This document shows positions 1-12,770 of a stretch of 64,000 nucleotides of DNA, one piece after another (the stretch's first letter is position 1; every line of letters starts with the position of its first letter). The notes under the pieces were generated by a model. That model saw only the letters and a list, made by a program, of their open reading frames with translations. It was not told the DNA's origin and did no database searches. Both the position numbers and the translations under genes were made by a program. The stretch spans positions 15,376,001-15,440,000 of the forward strand of contig NC_043002.1 in assembly GCF_006345805.1 (NCBI RefSeq), read 5' to 3'. The DNA comes from Octopus sinensis. Its lineage: Eukaryota.

Positions 1-1440
1 TGCAGAACTTTTTGCACCATGAAAGAGGCATTTGTGAGATGGAGCAGGGACTCTGGCTGTGCCTGCTGATGGTGTGTCATCCCTGAGAGCATCTACCCCC
101 CAGACCATTCCACATTGGGGAAGTTAAAGTCACCCATGAAGAATACACTGTTGTTTTGTTCAAGGTTGGTGAGGACTTCTCCTAAACATGCCTGAGTGAT
201 TTGGGGCATCTGGTGGGCGATATGCAGTGCATATGACGATATTCAATTGTCTTATGTGTACAATTTGAGTGTGACACACTGAGTTTGAATATGACAACAG
301 GACCTGGGGCGTGAGGTCATCTCGGATGTACATTACAACTCCACCATGGCTCCTCCCTTTTCTATCTGGGCGTATGACTACATATTGCGGCATGTGTATT
401 TCTACATCCCCTATATCGGGTCCAAGAAGCATTTCTGTGAGTGCCATGCATATAGCTTGATTGCATGTCACAAGGTCTCTCAGGAATGAGATTTTCCTTT
501 TACATTCAGTAAAAATATTTTTGTGGTGTGTGTGTTTGTGTGTGTGTTGGTGTATGTGGTGACCATCCTGCATCTGTTGGTGGTAGCCTTATGTGGTGGT
601 AGTTCCAGCTTTGTGCTTGTAGCCAGGTCAGCTGCTGAAAAAGTTTTTGTGCCATGCACAAAAAAGATTGCTGTTCAGCTACTGCCCTTCTCACATCTGG
701 GTGAAGCTGGACATTTGTTGGGTTACCGCGCACTACATTCGCATTTCATCTTTCAGGAGTGGTCAGTGCGATATTTTTCCTTCTTTTATATTTTTCGTTT
801 TCTTTATCTTTTTGTTCTCCTCAAGGGAGGGATTTTTGTCTCGTGTCCGTGCGGTTTTGGTAGGGTTTCTGATGTGCAAAGCGACAGTTTGCACCTTCGA
901 CGCCGTGCCAGCAGTCCCCCTTCAGTTAGAATTTGCAGATGTTTCTGCCTTTGCCCTTATAATTCTTGCTGGGGTTCTTTTTCTTTCTGAACACTGTTTG
1001 TTTTAGTTTTAATTTTCTGGTCTTTTACCTCTTGTTTCCCATCAATTTTAGGGTGCTTTCCTTTTTTGCGGCCATCGCACCTATTTGGTCTTCAATTGTG
1101 TTGGGAGCTGGACATGTGCCATTGTTTCCCTTTGTTCTAGGTTTCCCGGGTGTGTCTTTTGTTGTGTGCTGGATGTTTTCTTCATCCTTTTGGCCTTCCC
1201 TGATGCAGTCACCTCCTAAGATGATGTCCATAGTGTCCATGTGTTGCCTGATTAGAGCGTATGAACGGAGAAATTCTCATTTCTTTCGCTCTAACTTGGA
1301 GGTGGTCCTCGAAAGTCATTGCTCTTTAGCGCGGCTGCAATGATATTGTTTGGCGAGTCACCCTAAGCAATCTTCCAGGCGCGGACAAACAATTACAACT
1401 CCCTCGCAGACCAGTTTCTTGACATTTTCGTCCGAGATAC
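1..1440 (-). mobile_element. 5' part of a decayed CR1/L2-group LINE (ORF1 with CCCH zinc finger, then APE endonuclease); runs off the left edge
   Basis: Minus strand reads ICKF*LKGDCWHGVEGANCRFAH (863-949), then APE motifs RPDRKGRSHGGVVMYIRDDL, YRPP and MGDFNFPNVEW (about 137-105); in-frame stops present. Confidence 0.85.
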
Positions 1441-1459
1441 AGTGAGAGTGAAATATAGG

Positions 1460-2460
1460 AACAGAGAGAGAAGGAAAGATAAGATGGTTGACCTGAGAAG
1501 GAGAGGAGAAAGGAGAAAAGCTGGTGGCAGATCAGTCAGGGGGGATAGAGAGAGAGACGAGGGGATTGTCCTGAGAGAATAGAGAAAGAATGGCAGGTCA
1601 GCAGGGGGAGAGTGAGCTGGATGGAGGTGTGGTAGAGAGAGAGTAAATGGACAGGGAGGAAAAGAGAGACAAGGGGATGGACCTTAGGGGGAGCAGGGAG
1701 AAGAAAGGCGGAGAGATAAAACGGAGAGGGAGAGAGAGGGCGGGATATAGGTAACAGAGAGTGAAGTAAAGGAATAGAGAGGGTGGTGTGGAGAAAGGAG
1801 ACAGAGAGAGGAAAACGAGACAAGGGGGTGAACCTTAGAGGGAGCAGGGAGAGGAAAGGTAGAAAGAAAAAGGGGAGAGGGGGAAATGGAAAGGGTGAGA
1901 GAGGGCGGGAAAAGGGTACCCGAGAGTGAAGTAAAGGGACAGAGAGGGTGGTGTGAAGAAAGGAGACAGAGAGAGGAAAAAAGACAAGTGGTGAACCTTA
2001 GAAGGTTCAGAGAGAGGAAAGGTAGGAAAAAAGGGGAGAGGGAAAGAGGGGCACGAAAGAGGTGCAAGAGAGTGTAGTAAAGGGACAAGGAGGGTGGTGT
2101 AGAGAAAGAAATAAGGGGACAGAGGGAGAAGAGAGAAAGGGGTTTGACCTGTGAAGTTGCGGAGAGAAGAGAGGCAGAGAGAGGGAGGGAGTGTAACAGA
2201 GAGAGAGGGAGAGAGAGAAAAAGAGAGAGGACGAGATAGAGAGAATGAGTGAAGTAGAGAAACAGAGAGGGGGTAAGATGTGAGAAAGTTGATCTGAGAG
2301 AGAGATGCAGAAACAGAAACGATGGCTGAGAGAGAGAGAGAGGGAGAGAGAGAGAGGGAGAGAGAGAGAGTGGAAATAGAGGGTCTGATGGATGGAGAGA
2401 CAGATAAGGGGGAGAATTGTAAGAAAGATATAGAGAGAGAGTATGGCAGGTTACACAGAT
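1460..2460. repeat. Purine-rich degenerate minisatellite (about 150-160 bp units) grading into (GA)n
   Basis: Recurring gagagtgaagtaaagg...gggtggtgt...accttag blocks (accttag-like at about 1682, 1833, 1995, 2146). Confidence 0.75.
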
Positions 2461-2572
2461 AGTCAGATAGCGTGTATTTTTATATCTTTTATATCTATAA
2501 TCGCGGTTAGATCCATGTATTATTAGGCGATTATAGGCGATCTTAGAACCGTAAGATCGTCGATAATTAATA

Positions 2573-2987
2573 GGCGAAGGAGTGGCTGTGTGGTAAGTAG
2601 CTTGCTAACCAACCACATGGCTCCGGGTTCAGTCCCACTGCGTGGCATCTTGGGCAATTGTCTTCTGCTATAGCCCCGGGCCGACCAATGCCTTGTGAGT
2701 GAATTTGGTAGACGGAAACTGAAAGAAGCCTGTTGTATATATGTATATATATATGTGTGTGTGTTTGTGTGTCTGTGTTTGTCCCCCTAGCATTGATTGA
2801 CAACCGATGCTGGTGTGTTTACGTCCCCGTCACTTAGCGGTTCGGCAAAAGAGACCGATAGAATACGTACTGGGCTTAAAGAGAATAAGTCCTGGGGTCG
2901 ATTTGCTCGACTAAAGGTGGTGCTCCAGCATGGCCGCAGCCAAATGACTGAAACAAGTAAAAGAGTAAAGAGTAAAAGAGTAAAGAG
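2573..2987 (+). mobile_element. tRNA-derived SINE family 1 (octopus OK/OR-type), full length
   Basis: Head ggcgaaggagtggctgtgtggtaagtagc with B-box-like ggttcagtccc, internal (TA)/(TG) tract, (aaagagt)n tail; several copies in window. Confidence 0.9.
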
Positions 2988-3594
2988 AGTTTTTGCTTTT
3001 GTTTTTTGTTTTCGTTTTTTTGTTTTTTATCTTCTGGTTGAGAGAACACTAATAATAAATAATATTTTCTTACCTTCCGACTGAGAGAACACTTACCTTC
3101 ACTGTTTTAGAAGAAAGAAAGATAAAAAGACAGAACTTCGATATTCCTGTATTCTTTACTTGTATTTTGTAAACAAAAGAAAAGAATAGAGTTCCGATGT
3201 TCGTAGATGCAATATTTTCAATATTTTCTTAAGCAATTTGGTATCAGGCAGCAAATTTTCAGATGTCTTCAAAACATGCGGATATACCACACCAAAGGCG
3301 AAAATATCCTTCTCAAAAATACTGCGTATTGTCGTTGCTTCACAGACAAAATTCACTTCGACTTCAGGAAGTAACAACGTGGTTTCAATACATGTGCTAG
3401 CGAGGTATGTTCTAGTCGCAAATACTATATCAAAAGCTAACATATTCTTCTCAAATACAGTGTCTTGTCCTACTTTCACTTATATTTGCTTTACAGACAA
3501 AATTCACTTCTGATAACATCGATCTCTTGAAGGTCTTTTTAAAGTTTAGGAGAGACACATTAACACTCGACTTGTTAGTTCGGGACCACCCTAT

Positions 3595-3680
<86 letters not shown>

Positions 3681-3842
3681 TATTATACTAATTTATATAG
3701 ATAGGTTTTACATTTAACATATATAAGTATATAGTTTATATTTATATATATATATATATATACTTATGTATATTAAAGGTATATATATTATATACTATAG
3801 ATGTATATTTATATATATATATAACTTATATATATATATATC

Positions 3843-3874
<32 letters not shown>

Positions 3875-4442
3875 CTAGCAGAGATACCCGGCGTTGCCCG
3901 GTACATTCAATTGAAGAATTAGACTTTTCTGTTATATTTTCCGTAATGATCTGGAATATCTCTGTTTCGAATTTCATCAAAATTGCAGATGAGGATTATT
4001 TCCCTCTTTACACACCTTAAAAAATTGTAATCGTGCCACATGTATCCCATACTACTGATTTTTTTGCGCATATTCCAAAATTCCAGTGTTTTGCTCCTAA
4101 AAATTGAAGGTCATGGAGCTCTAAAATGTGAGAGTTAAGGAACCTGTTGGGGGTGGTCATCTTAATGTCTACCAGAGAAGTTGAATTGTTGAAAATCTTT
4201 TTAACTTGGGTTTTATATCTATTGTTTGAATTTCTTTGAAATAGGAAATATATGTTCACTGGGCTTGTAAAAGAGAGGAAAGGTACAGGAAACCAAAAGA
4301 CGAATGGTCACATTAAGCAGTCATTTACCCAACCCTAGTCGTTATTTGAAGTACCGTTTCAAGAACAATGTTATATATATAATGTGTGTGTGTGCTTCTG
4401 TGTGTGTGTATACATATATGTACGTATATATATAATATATAT

Positions 4443-4478
<36 letters not shown>

Positions 4479-5150
4479 GTAATATATATATATATATAAT
4501 ATATATATATATATATAATATACGTACATATATTTATACACACACCCAGCGGCACACACACACATACACAAACACACACATATACACACACATACACAAA
4601 CACACACATAGACTTACATATATTCATACATATCGATGTATATCTATAGAAATGCATCTATACATATACATGTTAACATATACATCTATCTATATCTATC
4701 TATCTATCTATCTATTATATATTATATATATATATATATTATATATATATACATCATTATACATACAATATAGAGATGCTTTTGTTTCATTTTTAACACG
4801 TAATACTGAAATAGTGGAGAATATGTGATATTGCTGTGGGCTCGCTCTAAGCAAGAAGCTAAACATTTATTTTGCCCATGACACTACATGGACCCTAAGT
4901 AAGGCATGTGTAAAATTTGAATGAAATTGGTTGTGTAGTTCTCAAGTTTTAGGTATTCATAGTGAAGATATGATATTGCTATGAGATCGCCTTTGGAAAG
5001 AAGTTTAAAAAATTATTTCCCCATGACGCTCCATGGACCCTGCGTAAGATACGTGTAAAATTTAAATGGAATTGGTTGTGTAGTTCTCAAGTTTTAGGGA
5101 TTCACACAGACCGACAGACAAACACCCATTCTCAGTTATATATATATTAT
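3875..5150 (-). mobile_element. Non-autonomous Helitron with internal 145-bp duplication and microsatellites
   Basis: CTAG at 3875-3878 next to hairpin cccggcgttgcccgg (3887-3902), mirroring the 3' end at 21583-21610; acagac motif and TA-rich 5' end near 5110-5150; duplicated ttggttgtgtagttctcaagttttagg at 4927 and 5072. Confidence 0.75.
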
Positions 5151-5215
5151 ATATATATATATATATTATATATATATATATATAATATATATATATTATA
5201 TAAATATATATATAC

Positions 5216-5425
5216 TTTATTTTAGCAGCAGAAAATTCAACAAAATCTGTTACTCTGAGTTTCTCGTGCCGTTCATCAGACAGGTCTGATGAACGGCAAC
5301 GAGAAACTCAGAGTAACAGATTTTGTTGAATTTTCTGCTGCTTAAAATAAAGCATATTACTCTACCACTGGTATTTGAGTACTCTTTTTTTCCACCTTGT
5401 TTCACATTTATGTGTTTACTCCGGT
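5216..5425. mobile_element. Penelope-like element terminal fragment with inverted duplicate (fold-back), flanked by (TA)n
   Basis: Near-perfect palindrome 5216-5352 centred on 5282-5283; both arms carry CTGATGA...GAAAC hammerhead cores. Confidence 0.75.
5247..5283 (-). ncRNA. Minimal type I hammerhead ribozyme motif
   Basis: CUGU-CUGAUGA-acggcacga-GAAA-CUCAGAG-UA-ACAG: 4-bp helix I, intact core, helix III ACUC-A-GAGU, weak helix II. Confidence 0.6.
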
Positions 5426-5429
5426 ATAT

Positions 5430-5476
<47 letters not shown>

Positions 5477-5479
5477 TAA

Positions 5480-5690
5480 GCGTGTGTGTGTGTTTGTGTG
5501 TTTACGTGTCTGTTTTTGCTCTCCATCTTCCTTGTAACCCTAGCAGATCGTCAAAGGAAAGAGATAGAATAAGTATTAGGTTTACGTGGAAAACGTCGTG
5601 GGGTCGATTTCTTCGATTATAACTCTTTAAGGCGGTGCTCCTACATGTCCGCAGTCAGGTGACTGAAACAAAGAGAAGAACCGAAGAACA
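5480..5690 (+). mobile_element. SINE family 1, diverged 3' half
   Basis: Similar to 2760-2960 (ggggtcgattt...ggcggtgctcc...tgactgaaacaa). Confidence 0.7.
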
Positions 5691-5717
5691 AAAGATTATA
5701 TACATATATATGCATGT

Positions 5718-6083
5718 ATACTCTTTTACTTGTTTCAGTCATTTGACTGTGGCCATGCTGTCCACCCCGGGACTTATTCTTTGTAAGCCCAGTACTTATT
5801 CTATCGGTTCCTTTTTGCCGAACCGCTTATTGACGTAAACACACCAGCATCGGTTGTCAAGCAATGCTAGAGAGACAAACACAGACACACAAACACACAC
5901 ACGCATACATATATATACATATATACGAAGGCTTCTTTCAGTTTCCCGTCTACCAAATCCACTCACAAGCATGGTCGGCCCGGGGCTTTGCAGAAGACAC
6001 CCAAGATGCCACGCATTGGGACGAACCGGACCCATGTGGTTGTTGAGTAAGCTACTTACCACACAGCCACTCCTGCGCCTACA
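5718..6083 (-). mobile_element. SINE family 1, near full length
   Basis: Reverse complement of the 2573-2987 copy. Confidence 0.9.
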
Positions 6084-6088
6084 TGTCC

Positions 6089-6197
<109 letters not shown>

Positions 6198-6310
6198 TAT
6201 ATATATATATATTATATCGAATATATATATATACATGTAGGCGCAGGAGTGGCTGTGATATAATAATTATATATATATATATAATATATCTATAATATAT
6301 ATATATATAT

Positions 6311-6430
6311 AAGTAGTTGAAATGAATTATCTTATTATGGATATTCAGTTAAACGATACCTGGGTAGAAAATTCACGTCAGAAAACACGGTTGAAGCTAC
6401 ATGCTAAGGGCAGAGATCACGTGCTTTCGT
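6311..6430. repeat. Unclassified (TA)n-flanked repeat X, copy 1
   Basis: Similar to 41595-41717 (aatgaattatcttatta...gatacctgggtag...cacggttgaagctac). Confidence 0.7.
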
Positions 6431-6454
6431 GTGGAAATTTGGTGTTTCTTTTAA

Positions 6455-6625
6455 TACAATAAATGAAAGATTGGAGTTGACGACCGAATTAACAAAATTC
6501 CTTTATTCTCGACATATGTTTCGAAGGCTGCATAGGAATATGCAGCCTTCGAAACATATGTCGAAAATAAAATAAGGGAATTTTGTTAATTCGGTCGTTC
6601 AACTCCATTCTTACATTTATTTGTA
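6455..6625. mobile_element. Penelope-like terminal fragment, fold-back palindrome (same family as 41885-42300)
   Basis: Inverted arms around loop 6535-6538; contains cttcGAAACATATGTCgaaaat, the 3' half of a hammerhead. Confidence 0.75.
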
Positions 6626-6962
6626 TATATATATATACATATTTATTTATTTATTGATCACAATGTGTTCGCGCGCTTGCGTGTGTTTTCGTATGTAAAT
6701 ATGTTCTAGTGTAGATTTTGTGTATATGCATTGTTGTGAATGATTTTGTATGTATGTCTAGGGAAAAGTTAGCTTGGGATTTCTCTCATTCAGGCTGAAG
6801 TGTAGTTAATATTCAACATTATATTCTTCGCATTGTTGTTGGTGCTACTCCTGCCGTATGAATTGTTCATGAATTGCCAGAAGCAGTTATCAATATATAA
6901 ATAAATGTACGTGTTCAATAACGTTGTCGTCTAGAAATGTGTGCGCTTTTGTTGGGACGTGT

Positions 6963-6997
<35 letters not shown>

Positions 6998-7359
6998 ATG
7001 GGTGTGTATATACTTTCATTTTCTCTGTTTCACCACCTATACAGAGCAAAAACAAGTGAAAAATGTTTTAAACGTAGAAAGAAGAAAAAATATTATGAAG
7101 TGAGAATGTATAAATAAATTATAAGGAGAAATTCACATATAGGAAAAAAAAAGAATAAATAATGTCACAATGAAAGAATGATTTATAAGAAGTAAATAAA
7201 TATAATATATAGCAAATGGAAATCGAGAAAAAAATTGCAGGAAAAAAATGTTACAAAATTCTATAACATGAGTTTAAAGAAATCTACAAGTCAATATTTT
7301 CTAAATGCCTTTTTCTCACACAAATAAAGGTTAAAATATACAAGCAGGTACCATGACGA

Positions 7360-7770
7360 CGATGACAAGAAGAGGAGGGAGAAGAAGAAGTAGGAGAAGG
7401 AGAAGAAGAAGAAGAAGAAGAAGAAGAAGAAGAAGAGGATGAAGACGAAAAAGTAGAAGAAGAAGAAGAAGAGGAAGGAGAAGAAGTATAGAGGAAGAAG
7501 AAGAAGAAGGAGAGGAAGGAGAAGAAGAAGAGGAAGGAGAGGAATAAGAAGTAGAAGAGGAGGAAGAAGAAGAAGAAGGAGAAGATGGAGAGGAAGAAGA
7601 AGAAGGAGAGGAAGAAGAAGAAGAAGAAGAAGAAGAAGAGGAGGAAGAAGAAGAACAAGAACAAGAAGAACAAGAAGACGAGAAGAAGAAGAAGAAGAAG
7701 AAGAAGAAGAAGAAGAAGAAGAAGAAGAAGAAGAAGAAGAAGAAGAAGAAGAAGAAGAAGAAGAAGAAAA
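7360..7770. repeat. (GAA)n/(GGA)n triplet tract, pure (GAA)n at about 7680-7768
   Basis: Direct sequence. Confidence 0.95.
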
Positions 7771-8282
7771 TAAAGAAATAAATAGGATCCGAAAAAACAG
7801 GTAGAAGGCACTAAAATAACAGCAACAAAAACAAGAACAACAACGATAACAAAATGAAGCGAATGGTGGGGCGAATTAACGTTTGCATTAATCATTAATG
7901 ACAAACCAGTCAATAGATGTTACCGCCTGTCTTTTGTATCCTATTTATCGATCCGTACGTCAATTACTAAAGCTTGTCTTCTTAATTCTTCGTACAAACA
8001 CGTCGTTTCCCCGAAGCGTAACACTGCAATAAATTCTTCAAATTTGCTTAAAGCACAACATACTTTTTTTTTAAACGTTTCTATCAAACAATATATGGAA
8101 CATTCAATTATATGCGTAATTTCTTTACGTTTTAAAAGTGCTATATCTTCGAGGCAAGAAACACTCACAGTTCACTACGAATGACATAGTCACAGATATT
8201 CATCAGCGTTGTAGCGCTCCATATGCCTGAAACGTATGCACACATACATATGTCTTTGTGTGCGCGTCTGTGTCTGTGTTTC

Positions 8283-8314
<32 letters not shown>

Positions 8315-8429
8315 TGTATGTATGTATGTATGTATGTATGTATGTATAATTGTTTCTCTCTGTATGAACACCTATATGTATGTATATATGTGTATATTTA
8401 TATGAATATATGTACACATATATACACTC

Positions 8430-8473
<44 letters not shown>

Positions 8474-8591
8474 TGATTTATTAGATCTCACACTACATAC
8501 ACATATACATGTATACATACAAAAATGCACATACACGGATACACAAACTCTTACGTGTACTCCACAACACACATAAATACATTTGTGTATA

Positions 8592-8664
<73 letters not shown>

Positions 8665-9659
8665 TTTTATATATGTTTTATAGAATATCTCGACGTTTCT
8701 TATTTTTTATATGTGCTGCAATGTTTGTGGATATAAGCAATAGAATTAATATTAAAATAATGTCAATATCTATTGCTGGAAAACCTGTAGGTAATTACAT
8801 TTTTATGTTTTACTTCCTTGCAAACAACAAACAAATAATAGCCAATTGCTTAGTTTTGCCCTGAAGCCACTGCTTAATTAACTTTTATTAGTTAGCATTT
8901 ACTTACGAAACTCGATTCGCCGAAAGTAATACATCAACCACACGTGTGAGGTCAGGGTTATATATTGAATACATTTACATTGCCGGTTACATGCATTTAT
9001 TTATTTTACGAATTAATCCTTTTTATAGTCGAAACGAACGAATGATGCATTTTATGAGGCTGTTCTCAATGCCGTTTTCGTTGAAACCTAATTCAGCACC
9101 TTAATCTTGTTTTACCTTTTTAGAGTGGGATGGAAATACATTATAATAGATGTGACATTTCATTTAGTTGTCGGTAGAAAATACACTGTCCTTCTTATTC
9201 AAGAAACGTTGATAATAACAGATATACCCCGGCAAAGCAAAAGAATATTCACTGAACGTTCACCAAGTATTAAATGAATGAGCACATATGCAGGCGCAGG
9301 CTCGACTGTGAGGTAAGAAATTTCCGAATTTCACCGTTTCAGGCTGGGTCTCGTTGCGTTATAAACCTGCACATTTTTTATTCCCATAAGGTCGATTTAT
9401 TCTGCACAGTAACATAGGGTTCATAGTGAGGTAAACAACGATGAAGGTATCATGCGTTGATAGGAGATTGTAGGTATGTAACTCCCATATCCAGTTCAAT
9501 CGGCAGATCCGTTTCGTGGCAGGTTCTTTAACTGGCGTAGGTATAAAAGGGAACACTGGATACTTACAATTTACGCATCTCTATCGAATTTTATTAATGT
9601 ATTCATAGAAATCATTGCGCTATAAAATCCATGATCATCAGGTAAAATGTTAAACAGAT

Positions 9660-11750
9660 ATCAACAGGTAACATAGTACCAGCATTTTGGGATAAATGAT
9701 ATTTTGAAAAAATAACATTCGATTTTGTTGTGAAATTAGACGGCATGGTTATATCGGCAATGAAAAGAGATCAAGCAACATTATCATTTCAAATTGAATC
9801 GCCTTCCATAGTGTAAAGCGTAACCGACTATAATCACATGAAACAATTAAAACCAAGGAATATTGTCAGTTAAGTAAGTGTTATAGTTAAAGTAGTAATA
9901 ATGGAACACGCCTCCCATGCGAGGAAAGAATTCGGGAGAGTCAGTCGAGGGACTAGCCGTACTAATATTCCGGATTTAAGGATTTGTTAAAGAAAAATTC
10001 AAAATGGTTCTAGACTAATAAATGCCAGAAAGCATTTGATGAATTGAAAAACCTTTTTAACATCGGACTTATCGTTAACGCATTTTCATCCTAAGCTGGA
10101 TATTATCTTGTCTACAAATGCGAGTGATTACGTCCTAGGAACAGTGATCCACCACAAATATTATGATAGGTTAAAATATTATATCTCATGCGTCACAATC
10201 GTTTCTACAAGCAGAAAAGAACCATAGTCAAATACAAATAGAAGCGTTAGCGATCATTTTCGTTGTAAAAATGCGTAGATTTATTCATGGAAGATGTTTC
10301 TATCCAGAAAGGAATCATCGCACACTAATATCAATACACGGTTCTATAAAGGGAATCCCACACAACGAACGGGGCACTACATTATTGAATTATGATTACA
10401 AAATGGAATATTTACCATCAAAAATACTAGACAATGCGATTGGCTTGTCTAGGCAGATAACGAAACACTGCGAGCCATTCGAAAAAGGTCAGAAGAAGAT
10501 TTTGTTAATGTAATGTGGAAAGTGGTACACGAATTCTTGGGGACCCTAGATGATATAAAATGAAAGGAAGAGAGGGACAAATTCATAATAGAAATGAAAA
10601 GAATACTGTGTACAGAAAAGCAAATAGAAACAGGATTGGTGCGAAACGAAACCAAGACTTGAACATATGCTCAATTTGTGATGGCGGACTGATGTATGCA
10701 CAGAGAGTAGTAATACCTGAAAATACTGCAATGGAAAAGGTTGAGGGAATTCGATGTCGGACATCTTAGTATTTCGAGGATGTAAGCTTTAACGCGAAGT
10801 TACGTATACTGGCCAAAATTGGATACAGACGTCGAACATTTCGTGAAAGTCAGCAGAGGATGTGCTCTAGCGGCTAAATTAATGACGATAAAATATGAAC
10901 AAAAGTAAATTTTCCATGGTCGAAACTACATATCGATTTCACTGGTTCATTGAACGGTTCATACTACTGAGTAGTAATAGTCTCTCTAAAGGTCAGAAAA
11001 TTGTCGGTGTAAGAAGCCAGCTTCATCAACAGCGATAAATTTACTATAAGAGCTGTTTGTGAAATTTGAGGTCCCAGCCACTATAGTGTCTGAAAATGGA
11101 ACGCAATTTGTGCATTTTTGAGTTTAAAAAGTTTTGAAAAACGTTCGCTGTAGAACATGTAACTACAGAACAATCCTATCCAATATCTAATGGACAAGAA
11201 GAATGACTTGTGGATACGTTGAAGAGAGACCTAAGAAAGTCGAAAAAGGAAGTCACGGGTGTCGTAGCTTTAGGAAAATTACTAAGATTATATCGTGTTC
11301 TACCAAATTCAAATAATCGAGCAGGAATGTCACCAGCAGAGCTGATGTTTGCGACGGCAATAAGATCAGTCTTCGATAAATTACTACTTGTTAAGAAAAG
11401 GAAAATTGCAACGGATAATATAGTAAGACATTTACATTTGCTGAAAAGGTATTCGTTAGAGCATATAAGGACGGAAAACAAATTTTGGAAGAAATACTAT
11501 GCTTCGGAAAAGAAAGAAAAGTGGTATACAAGAGACCTTACTCAACTAACAAAAACAAAATAAAAAGGATTCGTTGAGAATAAAACCGAAGAGAATGGAA
11601 GAAGGAATTGAAAGGTTATACGACACTTTTCAAGTACCGACGCCACTAAAAGTAATTTAACTAAGACACACAAGCGAAAGAAAAAGAAATTGTACGGAGA
11701 ACCTGGAAGTGGATGTCAGAGCTAAAAATAATAATTGTATTAGTGTATAA
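9660..11750 (+). mobile_element. Decayed Ty3/Gypsy pol (RT end, RNase H, integrase)
   Basis: Frameshifted translations CQKAFDELK, TNASDYVLG, EALAIIFVVKMRRFIHGR, MYAQRVVIP, HIDFTG, SENGTQF, SPAELMF. Confidence 0.9.
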
Positions 11751-11778
11751 AAACAAATAAAAAACCGAGGTGGGGTGA

Positions 11779-12043
11779 TGTAAACATTATATCTAATAAC
11801 AGAAATAAAATTATACTCCTTAACAAAAAAAACGAAAATTTCAGAGATGTTATGGAAATAATAGTAATAATCGAACGTCATTTCCACATGCCGTGGGGTT
11901 TGTGTAAGCCGTTATAAATACTGTGACATAAGATGTCAAGAGAATGAGTCGAGTTGTCGATGATAGATAGCCGTGTCTTATTTCTTGAACTATAATGGTA
12001 TATAGGGATGGACGTTATAACTGTCTGGCAGACGATTACAACA
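11779..12043 (+). mobile_element. Probable 3' LTR of the Gypsy element
   Basis: Purine tract gaggtggggtga immediately before TGTAA; ends ...TTACA(ACA); TATA-like ataaata inside. Confidence 0.65.
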
Positions 12044-12134
12044 AGAACGTAAAGGAATTCACACAGCAGGGTAGCAGAGAGCCATTACTCAATCATTGCC
12101 CTTTCACATACAGACACCCTCATACACAAGTATG

Positions 12135-12768
<634 letters not shown>

Positions 12769-12770
<2 letters not shown>

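Noticed and set aside
4325-4657. ORFs rich in IY/VC/HT dipeptides (also 5796, 12362, 28755, 37221 and others)
   Set aside because: Translations of (TA)n, (CA)n and (TG)n microsatellites
7284-7913. 209-aa poly-L/F/S ORF (and 26930-27729 poly-N/Y/I ORFs)
   Set aside because: Translations of trinucleotide repeats
9660-12043. Intact or active Gypsy element
   Set aside because: Many stops and frameshifts; no gag or 5' LTR found
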